In this document: one piece after another, positions 9,500 to 19,990 of the stretch
Position numbering within the stretch: position 1 is the first letter of the stretch
How the letters are laid out: the number at the start of each line of letters is the position of its first letter
NCBI GenBank assembly: GCA_048937405.1
Contig: JBHLNF010000006.1
Location: forward strand, 1 to 64,000
DNA length: 64,000 nt
Origin: Promethearchaeota archaeon
Lineage (GTDB): Archaea > Asgardarchaeota > Lokiarchaeia > Sigyniarchaeales > SOKP01
Direction: 5' to 3'
Made by a program: the position numbers and the translations under genes
The notes under the pieces: model-generated
Seen by the model: the letters and a program-made list of their open reading frames with translations, nothing else
Told to the model about the DNA's origin: nothing
Database searches by the model: none

Positions 9500-11209
9500 T
9501 TGAAAGATTATTCTAACTGGGAAATTGATTTTGATTTTGAAAATGAATCACCATATCTTACTAATCCAAATAGACTTTGGTTGAGAAATCGTCCCCCAGA
9601 ACAACCCAAATCAATAATATATGACCCAATTCCAGTTCATGAATTCATTAAAACAAACGCTAAAAAATATCCAAACAACGTATGCGTTTACCATAAACCA
9701 ACTGATAAAAAATACACTTATCGTGAATTGATTTATTTTTCGGATAAAGTTGGTAATGCCTTGCACGATATGGGTATTAAAAAAGGAGATTCGGTTGCTA
9801 TTATGTCAGAGAATTGTCCAGAATTTTTATTCAGTTCTATAGGTATCATGGAAACAGGAGCCTCTCTAGTTCCCATTAATCCTTTACTCAAGAAGACTGA
9901 AGTTTCTCACATTATTCGAGAATCAGGTAATATTAAGGTAATATTTGTACACATAAATAACTTTAGAACTATTAGAAGAGTTAAAAAAGAAGTTGATTTG
10001 AACAATATAATATTACTCGGTTCTGAGGAGGCAAAAGCAAATACGATAACGTACGACGAATTAATAAGAGATGCACCTTCGAAACCTCCAGATGATTATA
10101 TTGATCCTGTAAACGATATAGCAGCATTAATGTTTACAGGAGGAACAACTGGACTGCCAAAAGGAGTCATGATAACACATGATAATCTAATTCATGGGTT
10201 ACTTTCGTTGATTTATGTAATCCCTACTTCTGAAGGTAAACCCATTAAAGCTTTTTTTGGAAAACGGGCAAGTTTAAGTGTTTTGCCTTTATGCCATGCA
10301 ATGGGATTTGTATTAATGATTTGGGGCCTGTATATAGGTGGAATGCTTGTAATGTTTCCCTTTAATCCTACTGATGTATTGGATGCTATAGAATATTATA
10401 AAGTTAAAAGGTTTTCATTTGTCCCTGTTATGTATCAAATGATTATTAATTCTCCCGATTTTACTGAGAGAGATTTATCAAGCTTAGAGAATGTAGGATC
10501 TGCTTCAGCACCTTTATCCCCAGAACTTAACAGACAATGGGAGAATGTTGTAGGAATAAAAGTAGGCCAAGGTTATGGACTTACTGAATGTTCAGGAGGT
10601 GCGATTACAACTACAAATTGGATACCCGAAGTTAAGCCTGAGAGTATTGGGTTTCCAATTATTGATACTGATGCGATAATAGTAAATCCAGATAAAATTA
10701 AAGATGGTTTAGAAGAATTACCAATTGGTGAAGTTGGAGAACTCATGATTAAAGGACCACAAATAATGAAGGGCTATTGGAAAAGACCTGATGAGACTAA
10801 AAGGGATATTATTGATGGATGGTTGAGAACTGGTGATTTAGCAAGAATGGATAATGATGGCTACTTCTATATTGAAGGAAGAACTAAAGATATGATAAAA
10901 TATAAAGGATATAAAGTAATGCCTCAAGAAGTAGAAGAAAAACTGGTTGAACACCCCGCTATACTTGAAGTGGGAGTAATAGGTATGCCAGATCCAAATA
11001 TTGGTGAAACTATTAAAGCATTCATTGTTTTAAAACCTGAATTCAAGGAAAAAATAACTGAACAAGATATTATTGAATGGGCAAAGGAAAGACTTGCAGG
11101 GTATAAATATCCTAGAATCATTGAATTCTTAGATGTATTACCCCGAACAGCAGTAGGAAAAATTTTTCGAAGAAAACTAAGAGAAAGTCTTATTATCCCG
11201 ATATATTAA
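9500..11209 (+). CDS. Long-chain fatty-acid--CoA ligase (AMP-binding, FadD-like)
   Basis: FTGGTTGLPKG, GYGLTE, GWLRTGD, GRTKDMIK, PRTAVGK motifs. Confidence 0.93.
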   Translation: MKDYSNWEIDFDFENESPYLTNPNRLWLRNRPPEQPKSIIYDPIPVHEFIKTNAKKYPNNVCVYHKPTDKKYTYRELIYFSDKVGNALHDMGIKKGDSVAIMSENCPEFLFSSIGIMETGASLVPINPLLKKTEVSHIIRESGNIKVIFVHINNFRTIRRVKKEVDLNNIILLGSEEAKANTITYDELIRDAPSKPPDDYIDPVNDIAALMFTGGTTGLPKGVMITHDNLIHGLLSLIYVIPTSEGKPIKAFFGKRASLSVLPLCHAMGFVLMIWGLYIGGMLVMFPFNPTDVLDAIEYYKVKRFSFVPVMYQMIINSPDFTERDLSSLENVGSASAPLSPELNRQWENVVGIKVGQGYGLTECSGGAITTTNWIPEVKPESIGFPIIDTDAIIVNPDKIKDGLEELPIGEVGELMIKGPQIMKGYWKRPDETKRDIIDGWLRTGDLARMDNDGYFYIEGRTKDMIKYKGYKVMPQEVEEKLVEHPAILEVGVIGMPDPNIGETIKAFIVLKPEFKEKITEQDIIEWAKERLAGYKYPRIIEFLDVLPRTAVGKIFRRKLRESLIIPIY

Positions 11210-11786
11210 CTAATTCTACACCACGATGATTGAAGTTTTGGTCTATAAAGCATAAAATTGCATGACCACCATGGCTATATACTATAGGAACAGGATGAGA
11301 CTCGGCATTTTCAATCATACTTTTTTTTACAAAAAGAGGGAGAACTGTCTTACATGCTCTGCATTCTACTAAAATCCTTTTAACCAAATCTAAATTAGCA
11401 AAATCTTTTATAGTATCTTCAACACTTTGCTTGAATCCATTAAAAATACCTGGAGAAAAATCACTATAAGATAATATCACTTCTACTTCATAAAAATCAT
11501 TGAATAATAAGTCTATATATTCTAATAATGCTTCCAGTAATTGATATTGGACTCTTGGATTTGCTCCTACTGTATATATAAGATTATGTTTTCTTATATA
11601 TACAATTTTCATATTCCCTTTATCTTTATGAAAGAAAATATCACTGATGGGATTTTCTTTTACTATATTCAGATCCAAATCAAATCTTCTCATAGATCTT
11701 TCTGGTTTCCATTCAAAAAGAGTAAATTTTTCATTGCTAATATTGATAAATTCAAGAAATTCTGCGATATTTTTATAGACAGACAT
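11193..11786 (-). CDS. Hypothetical protein: longin-like N-terminus plus C-terminal CxxC/His Zn-binding domain
   Basis: C-terminal CRAC...YSHGGHAILCFIDQNFNHRGVE; N-terminal beta-hairpin/helix pattern like longin (weak). Confidence 0.55.
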   Translation of the reverse strand: MSVYKNIAEFLEFINISNEKFTLFEWKPERSMRRFDLDLNIVKENPISDIFFHKDKGNMKIVYIRKHNLIYTVGANPRVQYQLLEALLEYIDLLFNDFYEVEVILSYSDFSPGIFNGFKQSVEDTIKDFANLDLVKRILVECRACKTVLPLFVKKSMIENAESHPVPIVYSHGGHAILCFIDQNFNHRGVELVNISG

Positions 11787-12086
11787 AAATTCAACCTAAC
11801 CTTATCTTAGTATAAAAAATATGAAAATTTTTCAATTAAGTTAATAATTTTCAAATGAAAAATTCGAAATTTAACAAAATAATGAGATTTCCCATATTTA
11901 TATCTTTCATTTAGGATATTTAGTTAAAAATAAACTAGGCAATAATTAAATCATTATTAAAGAAAGGGGATTGACTGTCCATATTTTTAGTGAAAAGAAT
12001 AGAAAATAAACTTAATATTTGATAATTTAGTTTTATTATGAATAATGATATTGAAAATTTATTGGAAATATTAAGTGTGATTTTGT

Positions 12087-12944
12087 TTGAATAAGAAAAA
12101 AATTAAATATGAGATTGAACGCTTCCAAGAGACTCACATTAGAAATAAATATAAAAATCTAAATTTTACTATAATTTTAGTTCAACCAGAGAATGCTGGG
12201 AATATTGGGGCTGTAGCTCGTGTTATGGAAAATTTTAATTTTAAGAATCTTATAATCTTCAATCCAATTGAGAACGTTGATAAGATATTAAGTTATAAAA
12301 CTCAAGGTTTTGCTATGCATGGAAAAGATATACTTTATAACGCTGAAATTATAGAAGTAAGTAATAATGAAAATCATTTAACAGAACTGAAAAACATACT
12401 TGAAAGATTTAACTATATTATTGGTACAACTGCCAGAGGAAAGAGAAATTCAAATATTAGAAGATTAGCTATTTTTCCAGAAGATTTATCACTTCCAATT
12501 TCAGAAAAACCACTTAATATTGCTATTCTCTTTGGAAAGGAATCTCGAGGGTTGACTAATGAAGAGATAAACCTTGCTGATCTAATACTAAGAATCCCTA
12601 CTAGTGTTAATTATTCTGCACTTAATTTGTCACATGCATGTGGAATTATTTTATATGAAGTGTTTAAAAAAATTAATTTCCTCACCATTGGTCGAGGAGA
12701 AAATCCTGTGTTACTTGCTGATAAAAAAGATCGTCAAATTTTATTTAAAATGGTAAAAAATATTATAGAAACATTAAAAATTCGGACTTATAAAGAAGAA
12801 AATGTACTTCTTGCATTTAAAAACATTTTTGGACGGAGTATGATGTCATCCAAAGAATTAAGCCTAATTTTAAGTCTATTTTCAAAGGTGAATTCAATAC
12901 TAGGCAATTCAAACCTCTATGAATACAAAAAACCTCAAAATTAA
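12087..12944 (+). CDS. trmJ: SPOUT tRNA/rRNA methyltransferase, TrmJ/TrmH family
   Basis: PENAGNIGAVARVMENF, ILFGKESRGLTNEE, IPT...ALNLSHAC motifs. Confidence 0.88.
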   Translation: MNKKKIKYEIERFQETHIRNKYKNLNFTIILVQPENAGNIGAVARVMENFNFKNLIIFNPIENVDKILSYKTQGFAMHGKDILYNAEIIEVSNNENHLTELKNILERFNYIIGTTARGKRNSNIRRLAIFPEDLSLPISEKPLNIAILFGKESRGLTNEEINLADLILRIPTSVNYSALNLSHACGIILYEVFKKINFLTIGRGENPVLLADKKDRQILFKMVKNIIETLKIRTYKEENVLLAFKNIFGRSMMSSKELSLILSLFSKVNSILGNSNLYEYKKPQN

Positions 12945-12951
12945 ATAAAAA

Positions 12952-13140
12952 TTAATGTATGCTATTATGTTTTTCTTTATTTCTAAAAAATAATAGAAAG
13001 AAAATCGGGATCAGAATGGCTAATTGAGTACAAGCAATCAAATTTAATACCCATAGTGGAAAGGTAGTTATATCTGAAAACATTATAATATCTATTTTAG
13101 CACTGCCAATTAAAAACCAATAAGGACGCCCTATAGAGTT
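12952..13140 (-). pseudogene. Remnant or small ORF encoding a membrane-anchor C-terminus
   Basis: Open frame NSIGRPYWFL...MFSDITTFPLWVLNLIACTQLAILIPIFFLLFFRNKEKHNSIH*; an ATG at 13083 gives 43 aa with one TM and a basic tail. Confidence 0.35.
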
Positions 13141-13170
13141 ATTAATATTTTATTATTGTAAACAAAGATT

Positions 13171-14586
13171 TTATATATTGTCTATTCGATTCTTATTTTT
13201 TTCTTCACGTATTCTTTTTATTTGAACAGCTATTGTCTCAAGAAGTCTAATTTGATTGGTAGTTATCCAAGGACCCTCGCAATCTATTGCGGCATATGGA
13301 ATTTTGTATCTATTTGCTAAGTGTCGTATAATTGCTTGAGAATTCATAGCGGGTTGACAATTAAAAGTCCCTAAATTTATTAGACCATCATAAATACCTG
13401 ATTTAGCGGAATGTAGAAATCTACCGATTATTAAACTTGTTTCAGTAAATCCATTATTGGAAGCATATTTATGACCTTCTTCTATTTGTTTCCAATAAGA
13501 AATCTCTTTGTCAAACAATAATCCTGATTTACTTATTATTTTCCGAAAAATATTGCATTGACTATTTAAAAAATTCATCATTTGTTTACTTGTTTTTGCT
13601 TTTTTGGCATCTAGTATCTCATTTTCATCTAAGGTCGATAAATTTTGAAGATTTATATTAAACTGGTCTTTTGGAGTAATTTTCCCTCTTTTAAATCCAA
13701 ATCTAGTTACCTTTTCTGATATTAGCCAATTTATTGTTTCACGTATATCAACAACTTTAACAATTATTCCTTTTTCAAGGAAAAAATTTTCAACTGGATA
13801 ATGAATAAATAATAAATTTAGACCACCAAAAATCAACACTTTTGGTTTTTCTGTCATTTTAGCTTTTTTAGGAATTTTGGCTATTTCTCTTGCCCAGTTA
13901 ATTAAACCAGTTCTTAACGTCTTTTTTCCTTCTTTAACAGCATTTATAAAAATATTTGTTTTTTCTTCAAATATCCTTAATGCTTTATCTTTTCCTTCAG
14001 CTATGCATTGTAATGCATTCCTCGCTTCAATAAGATAATGCCCTATTATATAATTTATAATTTCCCATACTAGTAATTCTTGACTTAAACCTAAGAAATT
14101 ATTTGAAGATTTTGGACTAACACAGAAGATCACATTTTTCAAGTTTAATCTTTTTGCAAATGAATCCCATAATACTGGCCAAGCACCATTCTGACATGGT
14201 CCAAATTGATTTAAGGGGTCACGATATAGTGTTATTTCATTTTTATCTCTATATTCATGAATATCTTTTAATACAGCTCCTGCAATAGCAACATTAGGAA
14301 GACACTCCCTTCCTGAGCAAATTGTTTTAGCATATTGTAAAGTATTTTTATCAGTTTCATTACTAATCCTTATATTTCGGTTGAATTTCTTATATAAATC
14401 TATAACCAGATGTTTTCCATATGGGTTACGAGGTGCAGGGTCGATATGAACAATCCTAGAATCATTAAATTTTACTTTATTTCCATCACTATCAATAATG
14501 TATTGAAAATCCTCTGAAAATCGTGCTAATTGAGTTATTTTTGCACTTTCTATCTTGCCATCTTTAAGGCATTTAATTTTAGTCAT
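13171..14586 (-). CDS. Partner subunit of a 2-hydroxyacyl-CoA dehydratase-activator system (DUF2229-associated)
   Basis: CSGRECLP, GPCQNG, TFNCQPA, IDCEG...LE motifs; 5 bp from the upstream activase gene. Confidence 0.75.
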   Translation of the reverse strand: MTKIKCLKDGKIESAKITQLARFSEDFQYIIDSDGNKVKFNDSRIVHIDPAPRNPYGKHLVIDLYKKFNRNIRISNETDKNTLQYAKTICSGRECLPNVAIAGAVLKDIHEYRDKNEITLYRDPLNQFGPCQNGAWPVLWDSFAKRLNLKNVIFCVSPKSSNNFLGLSQELLVWEIINYIIGHYLIEARNALQCIAEGKDKALRIFEEKTNIFINAVKEGKKTLRTGLINWAREIAKIPKKAKMTEKPKVLIFGGLNLLFIHYPVENFFLEKGIIVKVVDIRETINWLISEKVTRFGFKRGKITPKDQFNINLQNLSTLDENEILDAKKAKTSKQMMNFLNSQCNIFRKIISKSGLLFDKEISYWKQIEEGHKYASNNGFTETSLIIGRFLHSAKSGIYDGLINLGTFNCQPAMNSQAIIRHLANRYKIPYAAIDCEGPWITTNQIRLLETIAVQIKRIREEKNKNRIDNI

Positions 14587-14591
14587 GATTT

Positions 14592-17537
14592 CTAATTTTC
14601 TCCATTTGTTGTTAAAAATTTATCAAATTTTCGACGTCTCTCTTCAATAATATCAAGAAAAGCTTCAATTCTTGTTTCAAAACCTGCATGTGCTGTATGT
14701 GAATCTATTTCCAGATAACAAAATGTATTACCAGCTAGTTCATCGCGAAAACGGTGGTACATCGTACCATCAGGAGCACAAGAAAAACAAGAAACAAGGC
14801 ATATATAAAGATTACGGTACTTTTTTACATATTGTACGGCAGTATTAATTTCTTGAGTGAAATTCCATATGTTTCTTTTATGTATTGTATTAGATTCTAT
14901 TGTTGATAACATATCTGCAGGAATAACATTGTACCCTCTACTTACGATTTTCCTAGGTAATGCTATATTGACATCTGAAGGATAAATTATGTAAGGTCTT
15001 CCAGCAATGATTACTGTTGGTTCTTTTATAAGTTCTTCCAATTTATTCATCCCTAGTTCTTGATATTTCTTTAAAAATCTTTTATAATGAGCTATCGATT
15101 TTTTACCTGCTCTAATTCCAATTTTACAATCTAATCCCAATTTAAAGGCTATTCTTCCGAATTCCTTTAAAGTTGTGTCTAAAAAATCTTTTGAAAGAGT
15201 GATATGAGGTTCTAATATCTTATTTTTAAAATTTTCAAAAGCAGCGCTTATAATATCTGGAATGATGGTAGTAGATGGACATGTATAGCCATGTATATAT
15301 CCATTTGGAATTTCTAATTCAATCAATCGAGGTAAGAAGATATAATCAACCTTACGATTTATAAGATCAAGTACTGCACCATGAACCAATTCACAGGGAT
15401 AACAAATAGCTGCTAATGTTTTCGTATTACCTAATTTTGAAGGATTTGATAATACGACATTATATCCAAGTTCATTAATGAATTTTGTATATAATGGAAA
15501 TAAAACATGGGCAGATAAAGCCATTGGTAAACCAATCGTCCCACGTGGTTTTTCAAGTAATTTAGGTCCAAACTCATCATATATCATTTTATTTCGTAAA
15601 ACAACTAAATCCACCCCTTCTTTTGCCTCATTTCCTTTTTGGCGCAATAATCTAAACTTAGAACATAAACCACCAAAAGGATATATCTTTTCTCTGATAG
15701 AAACTCTTTGTATTTCACAATTATTTTCACATGCATTACATCTAAATTTATTTTTTATCTCTATTTCTCCTTTAAGGAGGCTTTCAAGCATAAAATATCG
15801 CTTTGGTATATTACCTTCATTTAAAAGATCTGTAACCATGAGTGCACTTCCTACACACCCCATTAATTCTGGATGTGCTGGTACGGTAATCTTTTGCTGC
15901 AAGCGAGCAGCTATAGCTAAAGCAACGGATCTGTTAAGTGCAACTCCACCAAGAAATAAAAGATTTTCTCCAATATGACGAGGACCAATAATTCGAGAAA
16001 TATAATTATCCGCAATGGAGTATACAAGACCAGCAATAACATCTTCTTGAGTAGCTCCTTGTTGTAATACATTTCTTAAATCTGTATTAATAAATGCAGC
16101 ACATCGTTCTCCAAATGATAAAGGTTTTACACTATTTAACGCTATATCACTAATATCTTCTACAGAGATACCCATATCGACTGATGCAGATTCTTCAAGA
16201 AAACTTCCAGTTCCCGCGGAACATCCCTCATTCATAGCGTAATCAATAGGAACGCCTTTTAAAAACGAAATAAATTTTGAATCCTGCCCACCAATTTCAA
16301 ATACAGTATCTATCTCTGATGTTTCTTCAATAGCTGCTCTTGCATGAGCCAGTATTTCATTAAAGCTCCGGCAATTATCTAAATAGACTGATACCATCTC
16401 TCTAGCTGAACCTGTGACTCCACATTGGATAATTTTTATAGATTTATCTCCAACTTGCTCTATAAGCTCTTTAAGACATTGCTTTGTAGCTAATATAGGA
16501 TTGCCCAAAGTTCTCAAATATACGCTTGCATCTATTGAATCATCAGAAACGTTAAATAAGATCGCTTTTGTTGTAGTAGAACCTGCATCTATACCCAATA
16601 TATATGATGCTCCTTCTATAACTTTTCTTTTCGAATTTATTTCAACACGATAATCCAATAAATGTTCTGAATTTTTGAGAGGTTCCTGAGCTTCAAAACT
16701 AATAGTTGATGGTTTAAACCATTCTTTGTAAGGGAGATTTCTTTCTTGAATTTCAGCGGCATACAATGATGCTCCGAAAACTTCAAAATATGAACTTTCT
16801 TGTAAAACTTTTAGTTCTGAATTAACACGAAAATTACGCAAATTTTCAATAAATACTTCGTTTAAAGCTACTCCTCCAATAATTACGATTAAATCTGTTG
16901 GCCATTGAGCTGCATCGATCATTTCACTAACTTTTCTTGCTAAATCGTGAATTAAAGTTTTTGCTATATCTTTAGGTTTACATTCGCCTTTATTGAGCTT
17001 ATGAGTTGCATCAGATTTACAATGGACTGAACAACGTGTTGCTAATTGTGTAATATCTCCATGCAAACTAGCATAAATTCCTTCTTCGATAGATAAACCC
17101 ATCCTTTGAAATTGTTGAACAATAAATTCTCCAGTCCCAGCTGCGCATTTAGATGTTGAAATAATATTTTTTATAATACCATTTTTCATAGTATAAATAC
17201 TAAATGTTTCACCACCAAGTGATAGGAGAATATCTGGCTTTAAATTGTAAAAAGACAGAGCTTTTTCAAGACATTCCGCCTCAGTATAATAGGGTAGATT
17301 AAAGAAACTTCTTGTGGCATTTCCTGTTATTACGATCATTGAATTTTCATTAATCCCATATTGATTAAAGATTTCTTGAATTTTTTCTTTTGGATAACCT
17401 TCATGCCGTTTGATTTCGCTAAACAATATTCCTTGTTCTGTTCTTCGAACCCACTTTACCGAAACCGCACCAACTTCTAATCCTTCATAATATCGTTGTT
17501 TCTGTTGATTAATTTTAAATATACTTTTATTATTCAT
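14592..17537 (-). CDS. CoA-substrate-specific enzyme activase (two BcrAD/BadFG ATPase domains plus DUF2229)
   Basis: KCAAGTG, GIDAGSTTTK, EIGGQDSK, MNEGCSAGTGSF, ERCAAF, CYPCELVHG, CFSCAPD, EIDSHTAHAG. Confidence 0.88.
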   Translation of the reverse strand: MNNKSIFKINQQKQRYYEGLEVGAVSVKWVRRTEQGILFSEIKRHEGYPKEKIQEIFNQYGINENSMIVITGNATRSFFNLPYYTEAECLEKALSFYNLKPDILLSLGGETFSIYTMKNGIIKNIISTSKCAAGTGEFIVQQFQRMGLSIEEGIYASLHGDITQLATRCSVHCKSDATHKLNKGECKPKDIAKTLIHDLARKVSEMIDAAQWPTDLIVIIGGVALNEVFIENLRNFRVNSELKVLQESSYFEVFGASLYAAEIQERNLPYKEWFKPSTISFEAQEPLKNSEHLLDYRVEINSKRKVIEGASYILGIDAGSTTTKAILFNVSDDSIDASVYLRTLGNPILATKQCLKELIEQVGDKSIKIIQCGVTGSAREMVSVYLDNCRSFNEILAHARAAIEETSEIDTVFEIGGQDSKFISFLKGVPIDYAMNEGCSAGTGSFLEESASVDMGISVEDISDIALNSVKPLSFGERCAAFINTDLRNVLQQGATQEDVIAGLVYSIADNYISRIIGPRHIGENLLFLGGVALNRSVALAIAARLQQKITVPAHPELMGCVGSALMVTDLLNEGNIPKRYFMLESLLKGEIEIKNKFRCNACENNCEIQRVSIREKIYPFGGLCSKFRLLRQKGNEAKEGVDLVVLRNKMIYDEFGPKLLEKPRGTIGLPMALSAHVLFPLYTKFINELGYNVVLSNPSKLGNTKTLAAICYPCELVHGAVLDLINRKVDYIFLPRLIELEIPNGYIHGYTCPSTTIIPDIISAAFENFKNKILEPHITLSKDFLDTTLKEFGRIAFKLGLDCKIGIRAGKKSIAHYKRFLKKYQELGMNKLEELIKEPTVIIAGRPYIIYPSDVNIALPRKIVSRGYNVIPADMLSTIESNTIHKRNIWNFTQEINTAVQYVKKYRNLYICLVSCFSCAPDGTMYHRFRDELAGNTFCYLEIDSHTAHAGFETRIEAFLDIIEERRRKFDKFLTTNGEN

Positions 17538-17684
17538 AAGATTTCAACTATTTTATTTTAAATTATATTCTTACCCTAAAATTTTAAAATAATATGATAT
17601 CTTCAAATAATCTATATGAAAAAATCAATTCTAAACTCAAATTATTAAGAGTGATGTTTTTTCATAATTTTACCTTTTTCAATC

Positions 17685-18050
17685 TCATTTTTCAGCATAA
17701 CAACTCTTTTTGAGGGCGTTTAATATTCTTAGATTATATTGATTTCTTACAAAAGCAGGACCCCCTCCCATTTCAACAGTAATCTCAAATACTTCTAGAA
17801 CTTGTTTATAAGTGCATCCTGATTCTAAAGCGTCCTTCATATGTATGAAAACACAAGACTGGCAGTTTAAAACTATTGAGATTCCTAGACCAATTAAATG
17901 TTTATATTTACTTTTGAGATTTCCTTCCTTATATGCTTTTTTAACTATGATATCACTAAAGTATTTATAAGTCTCTAAATTTTCCATAAGGAATTTATGT
18001 GAATAATTATAGTTTTCAATAATTTTTTCAATTATTTGTGTTTTAATCAT
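17685..18050 (-). CDS. Carboxymuconolactone decarboxylase/AhpD-like protein
   Basis: L..KYKHLIGLGISIVLNCQSCVFIH...ALESG...MGGGPA. Confidence 0.85.
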   Translation of the reverse strand: MIKTQIIEKIIENYNYSHKFLMENLETYKYFSDIIVKKAYKEGNLKSKYKHLIGLGISIVLNCQSCVFIHMKDALESGCTYKQVLEVFEITVEMGGGPAFVRNQYNLRILNALKKSCYAEK

Positions 18051-18250
18051 TATTTATAGTTTATTGTTATAATCCTAATAATCAGAGATGATATATAAAA
18101 CCTTCGAATTATTTGGACCAAAAATATTTTAATCCAAATGAATTCCTCTTTTACTGTTAAAATGAATTCTAAGATATATCCTATTAAAAATTATAAAATT
18201 ATTAAATTTAGATTAAATATAAGATAATTTCTTTTGAATTTTTCTTAAAT

Positions 18251-18706
18251 TCAAATTTTTTTTTTTAATTTCTGAAGCAATTGACCTAGTTGTTGAATTT
18301 CGCTCGATTCAAGAATATTAAACAATTTTTTTATTGAATCATCAAAAGGAGCAGCTAATTTTTGAATTCCCATTCCTTTTTCGGTGCATTTAATAATTAA
18401 ACTTCTTCGATCGTTTGGATTTATTTCACGAGTAACTAAATCCTTTTTTTCCATCGTATCTATAACTCCTGTAAGAGTTGGAGGCGTTATATGACATCCT
18501 GTTGCCAATTCCTTAAATTGGAGACAATTGATTTTCCATAATTGGCGCAAGATGCAGTATTGCGTGAGTGTTAAATTTAGATTTTTAGCTATTTTACGTT
18601 GAAATTTATCTAACTTACTTTTTATTTTATAAATAGAATTATATATATCAATAATAGAAAATGAATCCGAAGAGTCTTTTGATATTGGATGAGTCTTTTT
18701 TGCCAT
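18251..18706 (-). CDS. MarR family transcriptional regulator
   Basis: LTLTQYCIL..L...ELA......TLTGVIDTMEKKDLVTR..NPNDRRS...CTEKG. Confidence 0.9.
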   Translation of the reverse strand: MAKKTHPISKDSSDSFSIIDIYNSIYKIKSKLDKFQRKIAKNLNLTLTQYCILRQLWKINCLQFKELATGCHITPPTLTGVIDTMEKKDLVTREINPNDRRSLIIKCTEKGMGIQKLAAPFDDSIKKLFNILESSEIQQLGQLLQKLKKKI

Positions 18707-18992
18707 ATTTGATTTTTCCGACGCAAGAGATTCGATAATTTATATTTTTATTAATATAGTATAGTTTAAATCAATTAATTATTATTATCATAAAGATATA
18801 ACTTTTCATAATAAAAATTTTTTAACTAAAGATTAACCAACTACTCTCTAAATAATTGTTTTAATTGATCGTTGAATTTTTATAAAAAATAGCTGGTTAA
18901 ATGATCCCAATCAGAAGTATCTTTATATTTTTTTTAACTGTAACTGAAATTCCTGATTATTTTCACAGAAGATTCAATTCTTTAGATGGTTG

Positions 18993-19473
18993 ACACTCTA
19001 TAGTTAGTCAAAGTTTTGGAGATTCTCATATTTTATCATCTGGAAATCTTTTGGTTTATACAAGTATGCAGTGAGAACAAACCGTAAATGCTTTAATTGA
19101 TCATCATTGGCGTGAGACTGCGGCTTTTTACTTAAGAGCTATAATATATTATATATATAATGCTTCCTCACCAACTCACATTGATTTACTTCCAATTAAT
19201 AAAAAATATCATTATCGGATGGAAAGATAAGTGGGGGACAATATACTTATTGGAAATTTTGAAGATAATGGTGTTTTTGGCAATAATCATTTTACTATAG
19301 TTTTAGAGGAAGAAATAGGATATAGTCCTAATAAATTAGATATCCATAATGTTATCAATATGATTCCAGTAGTAGATTATAAAGAAATACTTAAAACCAT
19401 TACAATTTTTATGAGTGAAGTGACTTACTTAAATTTGGAAATAAATTTAAATTGGTTTATTTTCAAAAGTTAA
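18993..19473 (+). pseudogene. Degraded ORF with two in-frame stops (includes track ORF 19231..19473)
   Basis: One frame reads ..SQSFGDSHILSSGNLLVYTSMQ*EQTVNAL..RMER*VGDNIL..; identity uncertain. Confidence 0.35.
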
Positions 19474-19638
19474 CTCAATAATAGAAAATCTAAATCTCTA
19501 TGATAACAAAATTGAGTAGAATCAATTAAATTTGTATATTTTTTTCTATAATTTAATCTTATTAGAATTTATTTACTGTTTTTAGATTGAAAACTCTTAA
19601 TTAATTTAAAATAGATGAAGAAAAAATTATTCCATTAT

Positions 19639-19908
19639 TCAGGATTCATTTTTCTTCACTCTTTCTATTAGCATATAAATCCCAGTAAATATTCCGATTA
19701 ATCCAAAAGCGAAAATTATAGGTAGGATAAAGACTCCAATCCAGCCAGTAACAATATCTTTCTCTCCTGTATCTACGTCTATCGCATCATCTAAAATGTA
19801 TTGAATAATCTCCTGGAAAAAAATAAACCAAATAATATATGTTCCTATAATAAATAATATTATGAATAATCCAGATTTAGATATTCTCATCTTATTTATC
19901 GTCAGCAA
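19639..19908 (-). CDS. Small two-TM membrane protein
   Basis: Two hydrophobic segments and a basic C-terminus; likely start MRISK. Confidence 0.6.
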   Translation of the reverse strand: MLTINKMRISKSGLFIILFIIGTYIIWFIFFQEIIQYILDDAIDVDTGEKDIVTGWIGVFILPIIFAFGLIGIFTGIYMLIERVKKNES

Positions 19909-19990
19909 GCCTAATCAGATTAATTTAAAAATATATTTATTAACAATTATAGATGAGATATAACTATAATTAATTTCAAAAAGCAAGAAA

